The notes under the pieces: generated by a model | What the model was told of the DNA's origin: nothing | What the model saw: the letters and a program-made list of their open reading frames with translations, nothing else | Database searches by the model: none | Part shown: piece by piece, positions 11,624 to 20,250 of the stretch | How the letters are laid out: the number at the start of each line of letters is the position of its first letter | How positions within the stretch are numbered: the first letter of the stretch is position 1 | Made by a program: the position numbers and the translations under genes | From: an uncultured delta proteobacterium | Lineage (GTDB): Bacteria; Desulfobacterota; Binatia; Binatales; Binataceae | DNA length: 64,000 nucleotides | Reading direction: 5' to 3' | Assembly: GCA_963711565.1 (NCBI GenBank) | Contig: CAVQEQ010000004.1 | Coordinates: 1,312,001 to 1,376,000, forward strand

Positions 11624-12226
11624 GTGCGGTTCACCCTAACCTACGACGGCCCGCTACCCTCTGGCGGCAATTCCAGCCATCTACCGATCAAGCAAAGAAT
11701 CCGGCAGACGCTTCATCCTCAAATTCGCAGCGTGTGGAGAAACCATCCCGCGTTTGATGAAGATGAGTTATTGAAAGCGATGGTTGAGAATGAAGATCGG
11801 TTCATCAATCGTGGTCGCTTTACATTCATCCCGATTGTCCGACGGTATCTCCATCTATTTTGTGAGATTGATATTTTGCTCCTCAGGCGAGAAGCGCCGG
11901 GCGCTATCGTGCATCGGGGCGATCTAGACAACCGGCTAAAGATTCTCTTCGACGCCTTGCGAGCGCCTAACGATCCGTCAGAACTAAAGGGCTTGCGATA
12001 TCCACGACCAAAAGGGAAAGCGGTAAAATTGGATGGTCACGTCTATCCGCCACCGTTCTTCTGTCTGCTAGAAGATGACGCGTTGATAACGGGGGTCAAG
12101 GTCGATACAGCGCAATTGTTTGAGCCGCTGAAACGAGGGACCGAAAATCACGTTCGCCTAGTGATGCGAGTGTCCGTGAAGCTCAGCAAACTGACAAAGG
12201 CAAACTTGGCTTTTGTCGGAGACTAA
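11624..12226 (+). CDS. RusA-like endonuclease (IS passenger)
   Basis: GDLDNRLKILFDAL...LLEDD matches RusA DxDNxxKxxxDAL...DD; likely GTG start 11624 after a G-rich RBS (alternative 11579). Confidence 0.65.
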   Translation: MRFTLTYDGPLPSGGNSSHLPIKQRIRQTLHPQIRSVWRNHPAFDEDELLKAMVENEDRFINRGRFTFIPIVRRYLHLFCEIDILLLRREAPGAIVHRGDLDNRLKILFDALRAPNDPSELKGLRYPRPKGKAVKLDGHVYPPPFFCLLEDDALITGVKVDTAQLFEPLKRGTENHVRLVMRVSVKLSKLTKANLAFVGD

Positions 12227-12229
12227 TGA

Positions 12230-12367
12230 TCAGTCTCGTTTGATGTCGAAATTTATCGAAGTCAGAAAGACTAGCGCGACACCCGGCCAGCCGATCCACC
12301 AGTAGCCAAGAGCAGCGACGGCCGTTACGTAGAGCCAGCGCCACCAGCGGAATTCGAGTCGGGTCAC
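12230..12367 (-). CDS. Small Trp-rich membrane peptide, 45 aa (IS passenger)
   Basis: VTRLEFRWWRWLYVTAVAALGYWWIGWPGVALVFL...; GTG overlaps the TGA of the upstream peptide (GTGA). Confidence 0.4.
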   Translation of the reverse strand: MTRLEFRWWRWLYVTAVAALGYWWIGWPGVALVFLTSINFDIKRD

Positions 12368-12555
12368 TGGTTTCGGGGTGCGCCGAGACCCCACTCGACT
12401 CCGCAATAGTACGCATAGTAACTGCCGAACAGATAAGCCATCACCCAAAGCGCCCACGCGGGGTGCTCCGGGATGAAGAACCGTAAATATAGGGCGACAG
12501 CACCAACCACAAACCCAAGCCACCAAATAATCTTAGCCTTCGTATTCGCTTTCAT
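12364..12555 (-). CDS. Small two-TM membrane peptide, 63 aa (IS passenger)
   Basis: MKANTKAKIIWWLGFVVGAVALYLRFF...WALWVMAYLFG; two hydrophobic segments. Confidence 0.45.
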   Translation of the reverse strand: MKANTKAKIIWWLGFVVGAVALYLRFFIPEHPAWALWVMAYLFGSYYAYYCGVEWGLGAPRNQ

Positions 12556-12565
12556 CGTTGGTGCC

Positions 12566-12832
12566 CTAGAAGATGTAAACGAACACCGTGCGAGAATCCA
12601 ATGCGCCGCTGCCACGGGCGCGCATCATTTTCTTATCGACGAAGTGCTCTTCTATTTCTTGAGCGTCCGCCAAGGAGTCTGCCGCCCACTGTCTCCAACA
12701 TGAGATATTTGCGGTGTTTGCCATTCGAGTTTTCCGGTCGCTCGGATCGTTCGCGATGCCGATTCGCCAATCCCCGTAATGCCCCTGAACGGTGCCTTCG
12801 ATTTCAGAAATGATCCGTTCTGAGGTTGTCAT
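12566..12832 (-). CDS. Small GIY-YIG-like protein (IS passenger)
   Basis: YGDWRIGIANDPSDR...AQEIE resembles the YIG-xT/A-xD-xxxR...E core of minimal GIY-YIG proteins. Confidence 0.5.
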   Translation of the reverse strand: MTTSERIISEIEGTVQGHYGDWRIGIANDPSDRKTRMANTANISCWRQWAADSLADAQEIEEHFVDKKMMRARGSGALDSRTVFVYIF

Positions 12833-12844
12833 CGGCTGGGACTT

Positions 12845-13045
12845 TTAACCTGATGCGTCAATCTCTTTCAGTTCTTGCGAATACACATTCCAAAGCTTCT
12901 GAAGCTGTACTGCGGACACGGGAGCATGAGCTAGGTTCTCGATAGTCAGCGCACGCAGACGGCCATGCGCCAGTAGCCAACGTCTTCGATCCAGCGACAC
13001 CGCTTGTTGTTCTTCTCGAATCTCATCAGGGTGCGACACAAACAT
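12845..13045 (-). CDS. Hypothetical protein, 66 aa (IS passenger)
   Basis: ATG preceded by GAGGAGCAGGAG; collinear with neighbouring small ORFs. Confidence 0.4.
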   Translation of the reverse strand: MFVSHPDEIREEQQAVSLDRRRWLLAHGRLRALTIENLAHAPVSAVQLQKLWNVYSQELKEIDASG

Positions 13046-13147
13046 CTCCTGCTCCTCTTGCGCATCTTCTCTGCAAGTGGCATTGGTTTATTGTCGCAGT
13101 TCTGAGCGGTCCACCTGGCAGGGTTGGGCCGCTCGTTTATTTCTCAC

Positions 13148-13300
13148 TCAGTGCTCAGTCTTCGATGAACGGAAAAGCGGTCTGATTAGGCGCTTGAACT
13201 TTTCTGGATCGGCCTGTTCCAACTCGCGCCTTAAGAGATCGTCGCTTTCGCGCTGCTTCTCGCTGATAGGCTTTGGCGTCTGCGATTTCTTTTTCCGCAC
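13148..13300 (-). CDS. Small charged helical protein, 50 aa, directly downstream of the transposase
   Basis: Manual translation VRKKKSQTPKPISEKQRESDDLLRRELEQADPEKFKRLIRPLFRSSKTEH*; below the ORF-track cutoff. Confidence 0.45.
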   Translation of the reverse strand: MRKKKSQTPKPISEKQRESDDLLRRELEQADPEKFKRLIRPLFRSSKTEH

Positions 13301-13332
13301 GTCGCCAGTGTAGCGCGGAAAAATTTAGTCCG

Positions 13333-14295
13333 CTACTGGCTGCACGTCGTAATCAAATCGGCGAACATCTCCGAATTGTTGCGATTGTTGAACCGGAACG
13401 AAAACTCGTTCAGGTAGAAGGGCAGATATTTCGCGCTGACGTTGTGATACGAACCCATCACGCCGCGCTTGAGCAGCGACCAGAACGATTCAATCGAATT
13501 GGTGTGAACATCGCCGCGAACGTACTCGCCAGCCGAGTGCCGAACCGAATCATGCGGCAGGTCTTTGTGGACGTAGTTGTAATCTTTGTTTTCGTCGGTC
13601 ACGACCAGTCGAACGTTTTTCCGGTCCACGACTTTGCGCACGAAGCCCGCGAGGGTGGGCGCATCCTGACTGCCAATCACACGCGCCACGACGTTGCCTT
13701 TGCGCTCGATAGCGCCGATGACGCCGATCTTTCCGTAGCGATGCCCGCCGATGCCCAGCTCGCGCTGGCGTGCGGATTTCTGCCACGCATGGCGATTGCG
13801 ATCTTTCCCGCCGACGTAAGTTTCGTCGGCCTCGACAACGCCGCTCAGAGGAGCGTACATGTCGCCAGCCATCGCAGCGCGCCAGCGCATGCAGATATAC
13901 CAAGAGGTGTGATAGTCGTGCGTGGATCGTTCGCCAAAAATCACGCGATGAATCTGTAGAGCGCTGATTCCTTTCTTTGCAGTCAGCATCAGATAGCCGA
14001 CTTTGAACCAGAGGTTCAGCGCGATCTTTGTATCCTCGAAAATGGTTTTGGTTGTGACGCTGAAGCGGTAGCCGTTGCGCTTGTGGCAGACCATCACAAC
14101 GCCAGTCTCTTTATCGACTGTCTCAGCGCCGCTCTTGCAGACCCAATGCCACGGACGCGCCGCGAGCTTGTAGACTTTCTCGCTTGCCTTGCAGCGCGGG
14201 CAGCGCACACCGTCGCGCCAGCGCATCTTCGCTAGGAAGGCGCGGCACTGTTCATCGGTTCCAAATTCGCGGTCGAATTCGCTAAGTGTCTGCAT
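13333..14295 (-). CDS. IS1595-family (ISXO2-like) DDE transposase
   Basis: N-terminal CPRC zinc ribbon, FSVTTKTIFEDTK, VEADETYVGG, VTDE, TNSIESFW, YLNEFSFRFNNR. Confidence 0.95.
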   Translation of the reverse strand: MQTLSEFDREFGTDEQCRAFLAKMRWRDGVRCPRCKASEKVYKLAARPWHWVCKSGAETVDKETGVVMVCHKRNGYRFSVTTKTIFEDTKIALNLWFKVGYLMLTAKKGISALQIHRVIFGERSTHDYHTSWYICMRWRAAMAGDMYAPLSGVVEADETYVGGKDRNRHAWQKSARQRELGIGGHRYGKIGVIGAIERKGNVVARVIGSQDAPTLAGFVRKVVDRKNVRLVVTDENKDYNYVHKDLPHDSVRHSAGEYVRGDVHTNSIESFWSLLKRGVMGSYHNVSAKYLPFYLNEFSFRFNNRNNSEMFADLITTCSQ

Positions 14296-14379
14296 GTTTG
14301 GTACATTAGCCTAAATATGAATGAGTGTCAACAATCACCTAATCCCCCGGCTAGTTTACATAATACTTCTTATGCGAAG

Positions 14380-15321
14380 TTGCAGTATTCGGCCAAAGTC
14401 GCTGGCATCTGTGCATTCGTTATCGCCGCGTTGATGATTCTGGGCCGCGCTAGGACGGCGCTCGCGCAGGGTGCCTCGGGATTCTCCCCTGCCGTCGCGG
14501 CGCCTGTGGCTACCGATCCTGCGAAGGATGCGGCGTTGAAGACCTATCTCCAGAAACGCTTCAAGATTCCTAGTCCCGACCTGATCAAGCTAGGCCCGGC
14601 CTTCAAGACGCCGATCGAGGGTCTATACGCGCGCCAGTTGACCGTCGGCAATGCTGCCGGACAGACCGTCGCCACAACTCTGTTCTTCGACAACAGCGAG
14701 ACCAAGGCGATCGTCGGACAATATATCGACGCCGGTACGGAGCCGTGGGGACGGGTCAACATGGGCGCCGTGAACCTCGAGGATCGGCCGACGCAGGGTC
14801 CGGCGGACGCGCCCGTGACGATCGTCGAGTTTGCCGACTTCGAATGCCCCTTCTGCGCCCATGCGTTCAGCGTGATCGAGACGCTGGTCAACACGACCTA
14901 CAAGGGCAAAGTGAAGGTGATTTTCAAAGCCTACCCGCTGAACGTGCATCCGTGGGCGATGAAAGCCGCGGAGGCGGCCGAATGCGCCCGGCTGCAGAAC
15001 CCTGCCGCTTTCTGGGACTTCGCGCGCTACTTCTACACGAACCAGGGAAGCATCAACGCGGGGAATCTGCAGAGCAACGTGGACAAGTTGGCGAAGGAGC
15101 AGAAACTCGACGCGCCTTCATTGAAGGCATGCATGGGCAGCGCGCAGACCGCCGCTCGCATCAAGCAGGATCAGACGGACGGCGACACGATTCGAGTCTC
15201 GTCAACGCCGACGTTCTTCGTCAACGGGATACCGGTCGTGGGCTTGCCTGACGGCAAGGTGCTGGACTTCGTGATCGACTCGGAGCTCAAGGGAAAATCA
15301 ACGTCGGCGTCGGCGAACTAG
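14380..15321 (+). CDS. DsbA-family thiol:disulfide oxidoreductase
   Basis: FADFECPFC, cis-Pro STPTF, signal peptide; the ORF-track ATG 14317 lies inside the IS, so TTG 14380 is preferred. Confidence 0.88.
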   Translation: MQYSAKVAGICAFVIAALMILGRARTALAQGASGFSPAVAAPVATDPAKDAALKTYLQKRFKIPSPDLIKLGPAFKTPIEGLYARQLTVGNAAGQTVATTLFFDNSETKAIVGQYIDAGTEPWGRVNMGAVNLEDRPTQGPADAPVTIVEFADFECPFCAHAFSVIETLVNTTYKGKVKVIFKAYPLNVHPWAMKAAEAAECARLQNPAAFWDFARYFYTNQGSINAGNLQSNVDKLAKEQKLDAPSLKACMGSAQTAARIKQDQTDGDTIRVSSTPTFFVNGIPVVGLPDGKVLDFVIDSELKGKSTSASAN

Positions 15322-15394
15322 TGACCGACGACAGGCAGGGAACCGCCCTCCCCTGACGCCCGCGATTTCCTGGAGGCTCAGCCTTCGCATGGCG

Positions 15395-16168
15395 TTAGGG
15401 CGTGCATGAATGCGCAAAGGCCGGTGGCTTTTCCTCAGGCTGCGTCCGGAGCCCCTTTTGCAGCAGGAGAAGCGCCGCGGCTGGATCGTCCACAAAGCTG
15501 AACAGTTTGAGATCTTCTGGACTGATTGTGCCGTGCCGCACGAGCGCGTCGAAGTTGACGATCTCTTTCCAATATTGCGAGCCGTAGAGCAGCACTGTGA
15601 TCGGGCGATCCAGCTTTTGCGTTTGCTGCAACGTCAGTATCTCCATCATTTCGTCCAGCGTGCCGAAACCTCCGGGAAAAGCTACCATCGCGCGCGCGAG
15701 ATGCGCGAACCACAGCTTGCGCATGAAAAAGTAGTGGAACTCGAACGATAGCCCTCGCGTGATGTACGGATTGGGCCGCTGCTCGTGCGGCAGTCCGATG
15801 TTCAGCCCGATCGTCCGTCCCCCCGCTTCGGACGCGCCACGATTGGCCGCCTCCATGATGCCGGGGCCGCCGCCAGAGCAGATCACGTAGCGATGACAAT
15901 TCGACCGAAGACCCTTCGACCAGGTCGTGATCAGTTTCGCGAGCTCGCGCGCATCCTGGTAGTAGCGTCCGAGCGGGCCGTCCGGAGCAATCCTCGCCGA
16001 GCCGAAGAACACGATTGTCTCGTGCACCTGCTCGCGGCAAAAGATCCGAAGCGGATCGAGATACTCCGCAAGAATCCGTACCGGGCGCGCTTCATCGCTA
16101 TCGAGAAACTTCTCGTCCTTATAGGCGAGCGGTGGAATGGCCGGCGAATCTGATTTGCGCGCTTTCAT
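15395..16168 (-). CDS. LOG-family nucleotide monophosphate phosphoribohydrolase
   Basis: FFGSAR, GGGPGIMEAANRGA, FHYFFMRK, PGGFGTLDE. Confidence 0.9.
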   Translation of the reverse strand: MKARKSDSPAIPPLAYKDEKFLDSDEARPVRILAEYLDPLRIFCREQVHETIVFFGSARIAPDGPLGRYYQDARELAKLITTWSKGLRSNCHRYVICSGGGPGIMEAANRGASEAGGRTIGLNIGLPHEQRPNPYITRGLSFEFHYFFMRKLWFAHLARAMVAFPGGFGTLDEMMEILTLQQTQKLDRPITVLLYGSQYWKEIVNFDALVRHGTISPEDLKLFSFVDDPAAALLLLQKGLRTQPEEKPPAFAHSCTP

Positions 16169-17643
16169 GATTTCCGGACCCCTTCAAAATCGACGAAGCC
16201 GCGCTCAACGTCGGTCTCGAGCAGTTCGACCGTGACGTGGTCGCCGACATCAAAACCCTTGTACTTTTTCACGACTCTGCCCTCCGCTGCCGGATGGTCT
16301 ATTCGCACCCAGGTCCCCTTCTCCGAGGCTCCCGTGACAATCCCGTCGAACCGCTCCCCGACCCGCGACTCGAGCAGCAGCGCGGCCGCCGACTTCCGCA
16401 CCTGCCGTTCCACCTTGCTCGCGTTGTCTTCCTGGTCGGTGCAGTGTCCCGCCAGGTCGTTGAGCTCGTCGGAGCTGTACGGACTCGTCGTTCCGGAGAG
16501 CACAGCCTTCAAGAGACGCTGCGTGATCAGGTCGGGGAAACGCCGGTTGGGCGCGGTCGAATGGGTGTAGTCGTTGACCGCGAGACCAAAGTGTCCCGCC
16601 ACTGGCTGGCCGGGGAACTCGACCACGTATTCGCCGCGCCCCAACAGCTTGACGACCGAAAGCGACAGGTCTGGAAAGCGCACGGGGTCCGCCTGTCGCC
16701 GCTCCTCAAGGAACTCCTGCAGCGCGCGGGAATTCGGACGCGGCGGAAGACTTCCGCCCAAGTCTCTCGCCAGCTCCGCTATTCTCGCCCAACGCTCGGG
16801 CGAACGAAGGACTCGGCGCAGCGCGGGGAAGCCTCTCTGCTCGAGGTATCTCGCCACTACCCCATTGGCGCCGATCATGAAGTCTTCGATCAGCTCGGTC
16901 GCGCGATTCTTCTGGTCTGCCTGCAGATCCCGGAGCGAATCGCCGTCGAACACCGGCCGCGCTTCGATCGTCTCGAGCGTCAGCGCGCCATGCTGATGAC
17001 GCCGCGCTTTCATCGCCTGTGCCACTCGATCCTGCAAGCGCAAATTCTGATCGAGGCCGGGAACCGCGGAGATCGGCGTCGGCGCGGGCCCTGCCCCATC
17101 GAGCCAGGCCGCGACGCTGTTGTAAGCGAGCTTCGCGCGATTCGTCACCGCCGCGCGATAGATATCCGACTTCCCAACCTCCCCGTCGCCGCTCACCTCA
17201 AACTCGATCACGATCGCCAGGCGGTCCTTGCGATCCGCGAGCGACGTCAAATCGGTCGAGAGCTTCTCGGGCAGCATCGGAAATATTTGCGCCGCGGTAT
17301 AGACCGAAGTGGTATTAGTCCGCGCGTGGTCATCGATCGCCGAGCCTTTTTTTGCGATCGCATCGACATCGGCGATCGCGACCAGAATCTTCACGGCGCC
17401 GTCCGGTAGTTGCTCTGCGACAGAAAGCTGATCGAGGTCGAGTGAATCATCGTTGTCGATCGATGCCCACAGCAATCGCCGAAGGTCTCGCAGCGATGGA
17501 TCCGAAGCGGCGGCCGCCTTGGCGATGGAGTTTGTTTGCCCGATGACTTCGGCGGAGAAGTCCGGCAACAGGCCTCGCTGAAGCATCGCCCGTCGCGCGA
17601 TGCTCCTGAGCTGGTCTCTACAGGGCGCGGTGGTTGAATTCAT
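16165..17643 (-). CDS. RNB-domain exoribonuclease (RNase II/R family, short form)
   Basis: SIDNDDSLDLDQ, IEDFMIGAN, YTHSTAPNRRFPDL, C-terminal S1-like domain; no N-terminal cold-shock domains. Confidence 0.9.
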   Translation of the reverse strand: MNSTTAPCRDQLRSIARRAMLQRGLLPDFSAEVIGQTNSIAKAAAASDPSLRDLRRLLWASIDNDDSLDLDQLSVAEQLPDGAVKILVAIADVDAIAKKGSAIDDHARTNTTSVYTAAQIFPMLPEKLSTDLTSLADRKDRLAIVIEFEVSGDGEVGKSDIYRAAVTNRAKLAYNSVAAWLDGAGPAPTPISAVPGLDQNLRLQDRVAQAMKARRHQHGALTLETIEARPVFDGDSLRDLQADQKNRATELIEDFMIGANGVVARYLEQRGFPALRRVLRSPERWARIAELARDLGGSLPPRPNSRALQEFLEERRQADPVRFPDLSLSVVKLLGRGEYVVEFPGQPVAGHFGLAVNDYTHSTAPNRRFPDLITQRLLKAVLSGTTSPYSSDELNDLAGHCTDQEDNASKVERQVRKSAAALLLESRVGERFDGIVTGASEKGTWVRIDHPAAEGRVVKKYKGFDVGDHVTVELLETDVERGFVDFEGVRKS

Positions 17644-17749
17644 CGGCGCATCATAGCCCACCGCGCGGCTCAATAGTCAAAACTGCGATCTGGATCTTGG
17701 GGTAAGACTCCGGGACGTTGAGCGTAACGAATCGCGCGATTAATGAATG

Positions 17750-18751
17750 TTACTTGTAAGCAATCATCACGCGATTAGGTACGGGCGGAAGTTCGCGGAG
17801 TTCAACGCGTCCGAAGCCCGCGCTCTCAAGGGATTTGGCGAGTTGTGAAGGCGTGCGCGCTTCGCCACCAGGCGTCGTCGCCAGGAGTGCAAGATTCAGG
17901 GAGACTGCAGCGGCTGGCGAAGTTCGGTCATCATCGAGCATCAGTTCGAAGGCGGCCACGCAGCCATCTTTCACCAGCGCCGAGTGAATTCGCTCAAGCA
18001 TTACGGTAGTGGTTTTTAGGTCCGGAAGAAAATTGGTTATCAGCGCGAGGTCGTAACCGGTTCCGAAGTCCACGGTGAGCGCGTCGCCCGGTATCGAGTG
18101 AAAGCGCGGCCCCACGCCGGCGGTATCTGCGTTGCCGCGTGCGATCGCGAGAACTTCGGGCCAGTCAACGGCGAATACCTCCGCGTCAGGATTCCGCTTC
18201 GCGAACTCAATGCCATAGAGTCCGTGGCCCGCTGCGATGTCCAGCACCTTGGTCGGGCCCTTCGCTTCCTGGTCCAGGCTATCGGCCAGCAAGCGGGCCA
18301 GGAATGCGCCTGGCACTCCCATCGCGCGCGCAAACTCGACCCAGATTGGATGCTCGGGTGCGAGTGTGCCTCCGCCCGGCAGCGCCGTTCCTCCGCGGCG
18401 CACCGCTTCCGTTAGCGTGGCGAATGCCGCGGCCTGAGCCTTGCCCGATATGGTCTCGGCCGCAGCTTCACCGATGCACGCGGGCGAGCGTCGATCGAGG
18501 AAAGCGGCTGTGTCGGCAGCCAACGAATATCTCTCGTCATGTTTCTGGAGAAAGCCGATCATGACCAGATAGGCGGCCAGGATTCCGAGCCCGCGCTCGG
18601 ACGCGGAACACCGCTGGGCGAGCATCGCTGTCGTGTCGGCACCCTCGCCGATAGCGGTGAATAGGTCGAGCTCGATAGCCGCTCTGAGCGCCGCAGTTCG
18701 CTGGAACGCTGCCAGCGTCTCAAAGATTCGCTGTGGTGACAGTGCCGGCAT
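17750..18751 (-). CDS. Class I SAM-dependent O-methyltransferase with dimerisation domain
   Basis: AAIELDLFTAI N-terminal wHTH, VLDIAAGHG motif I. Confidence 0.88.
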   Translation of the reverse strand: MPALSPQRIFETLAAFQRTAALRAAIELDLFTAIGEGADTTAMLAQRCSASERGLGILAAYLVMIGFLQKHDERYSLAADTAAFLDRRSPACIGEAAAETISGKAQAAAFATLTEAVRRGGTALPGGGTLAPEHPIWVEFARAMGVPGAFLARLLADSLDQEAKGPTKVLDIAAGHGLYGIEFAKRNPDAEVFAVDWPEVLAIARGNADTAGVGPRFHSIPGDALTVDFGTGYDLALITNFLPDLKTTTVMLERIHSALVKDGCVAAFELMLDDDRTSPAAAVSLNLALLATTPGGEARTPSQLAKSLESAGFGRVELRELPPVPNRVMIAYK

Positions 18752-18785
18752 TGAAGGCCCTCCGCTTGCTTCCGGAGATTACTTC

Positions 18786-18800
18786 TAGAATAATCTTCTA
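18786..18800. promoter_or_regulatory. Candidate TetR operator
   Basis: Palindrome TAGAA-taatc-TTCTA in the AT-rich gap between the divergent methyltransferase and TetR genes. Confidence 0.45.
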
Positions 18801-18814
18801 CGAATATTCCTCTA

Positions 18815-19459
18815 GTGGAAAGCTCCGGTCAAGAGATAAGATTACCTGCCGTGGAAGACGGCATAAGAGTCCGCGCCTCGCGCGCGCGGCGGCAACAGAT
18901 CCTCGATGCCGCGCTCGACTTGTTTCTTGAAAAGGGAGTCGGAGCCACGACCGTCGAAGATCTCCTTGCCCGGTCAGGCGCCAGCGTCGGCAGCTTTTAC
19001 CATCAGTTCAGCAGCAAGGCCGACGTGGCCTCTGCGCTCTATCTTGAGACGTTGAGCTCGTACGAGCGATTGTTTGTTGCCGAGCTCCGCAAACATGATC
19101 GCGCGCGCAACGGAATCGAAAGCGCGGTTCGCCGGCATCTTCGCTGGACCAAAAAGAATCCGAGGCTCGCCAGCTATCTGATCCATTGCCGCGAGCCGGA
19201 GGTCGCGGAACTCTCTGAAGAGCGCGCCCAGCAGCTCAACCGCATCTTCTACGACGAAGTCCTGAAGTGGCTGCGCCGTCACGTTGAGGCCGGCGAAATC
19301 AGGAAGCTGCCCTCAGATATCTACCTTGCGCTCTGGATGGGACCGGCCAACGAGTTTACGCGGCTGTGGTTGCTCGCATCCGACCGAGCCTCTCGCCGAA
19401 TTGCGCGAGCGGAAAGCCTGCTGGCGAGTGCCGCTTGGGCCGCGCTGCGCGATGATTGA
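18815..19459 (+). CDS. TetR/AcrR family transcriptional regulator
   Basis: RRQQILDAALDLFLEKG...SGASVGSFYHQFSSK HTH; start uncertain. Confidence 0.9.
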   Translation: MESSGQEIRLPAVEDGIRVRASRARRQQILDAALDLFLEKGVGATTVEDLLARSGASVGSFYHQFSSKADVASALYLETLSSYERLFVAELRKHDRARNGIESAVRRHLRWTKKNPRLASYLIHCREPEVAELSEERAQQLNRIFYDEVLKWLRRHVEAGEIRKLPSDIYLALWMGPANEFTRLWLLASDRASRRIARAESLLASAAWAALRDD

Positions 19460-20193
19460 TTAATGAATGACGACGGGCTGCGGGCTACCCGGCGCGCTTG
19501 AAGGCGGCGGAATGTCGGCGGGCGCGCCCAGCAGGGCCAGGGATTCCATCACGCCCTGGCGCTGCTGCGCGAACGGATGCGCGGCGAGGAAGCCGCGATA
19601 GGCGTCGATCGCGCCCTGCTTGTCACCCGACCTGGCCAGCATCCGCGCGACACCCAGCTCCGCACTCGCCTGCTCGGGTCCTGGATCGGCGGCGGCCTGC
19701 TGATAGGCTCCAGCCGCCTTCTTCCAATCAGCCATGCGCTCGTAAACCACTGCCAGGTTCGTCAGCCCGAGGCTGCGAAACAACGGGTCGCGCTCCTCGG
19801 CCAGAAACGCGACGAGCGAGTCGCGCGCGTCAGGCAGGTCGCTGTCGGCAATGTATGCGCTCGCGAGGTAAAAACGCGCGAGGCGTCCAAGCCGGCGCCC
19901 GGCTCTTCATCGGCGAGCTGCTTGAACTGCGTCTCGGCCTGTTTGTTCTGACCGGCGTTGAGCGCGGTGATCGCATCGTAGAACTGGGCCGCGGCGACAG
20001 TGTCGCGATGACGCTCGTAGTAGTACACGCCAATTACGATCGCGCCGGCCGCCACGACGACCGCGGTCGAGACGAGCACCTGGGTGAGATTGTTGACGAG
20101 GAAGTCGCGCGCGCTGTCGACGAAGGTCGTGAACTCGTCGGGCGCTTTGAGTTCCTTTTGAGTTATTTTTCGGCGATGGGTAGTCGGCGGCAT
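19460..20193 (-). pseudogene. YfgM-like TPR membrane protein, frameshifted near 19900
   Basis: KELKAPDEF plus TM helix in one frame; TPR (RLARFYLASAY...LAVVYE) continues in another; one base missing at about 19897-19900. Confidence 0.75.
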
Positions 20194-20250
20194 AGAATGC
20201 TCAAGCGGACACTGCCCGCCGGAGGACCAGAGGGTTAGCGCGCACGCGCC

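Larger units (their letters stand above)
11440..14347 (-). mobile_element. IS1595-family insertion sequence with passenger genes (2,908 bp)
   Basis: TIR GGGGATTAGGTGAATGTAGACAC (11440-11462) matches the reverse complement of 14325-14347 at 21/23; perfect 8-bp TSD CGGCTAGT at 11432-11439 and 14348-14355; IS1595 transposase inside. Confidence 0.95.

Noticed and set aside
14317-14379. ORF-track start of dsbA at 14317
   Set aside because: Lies inside the IS end and TSD; the signal peptide begins further downstream
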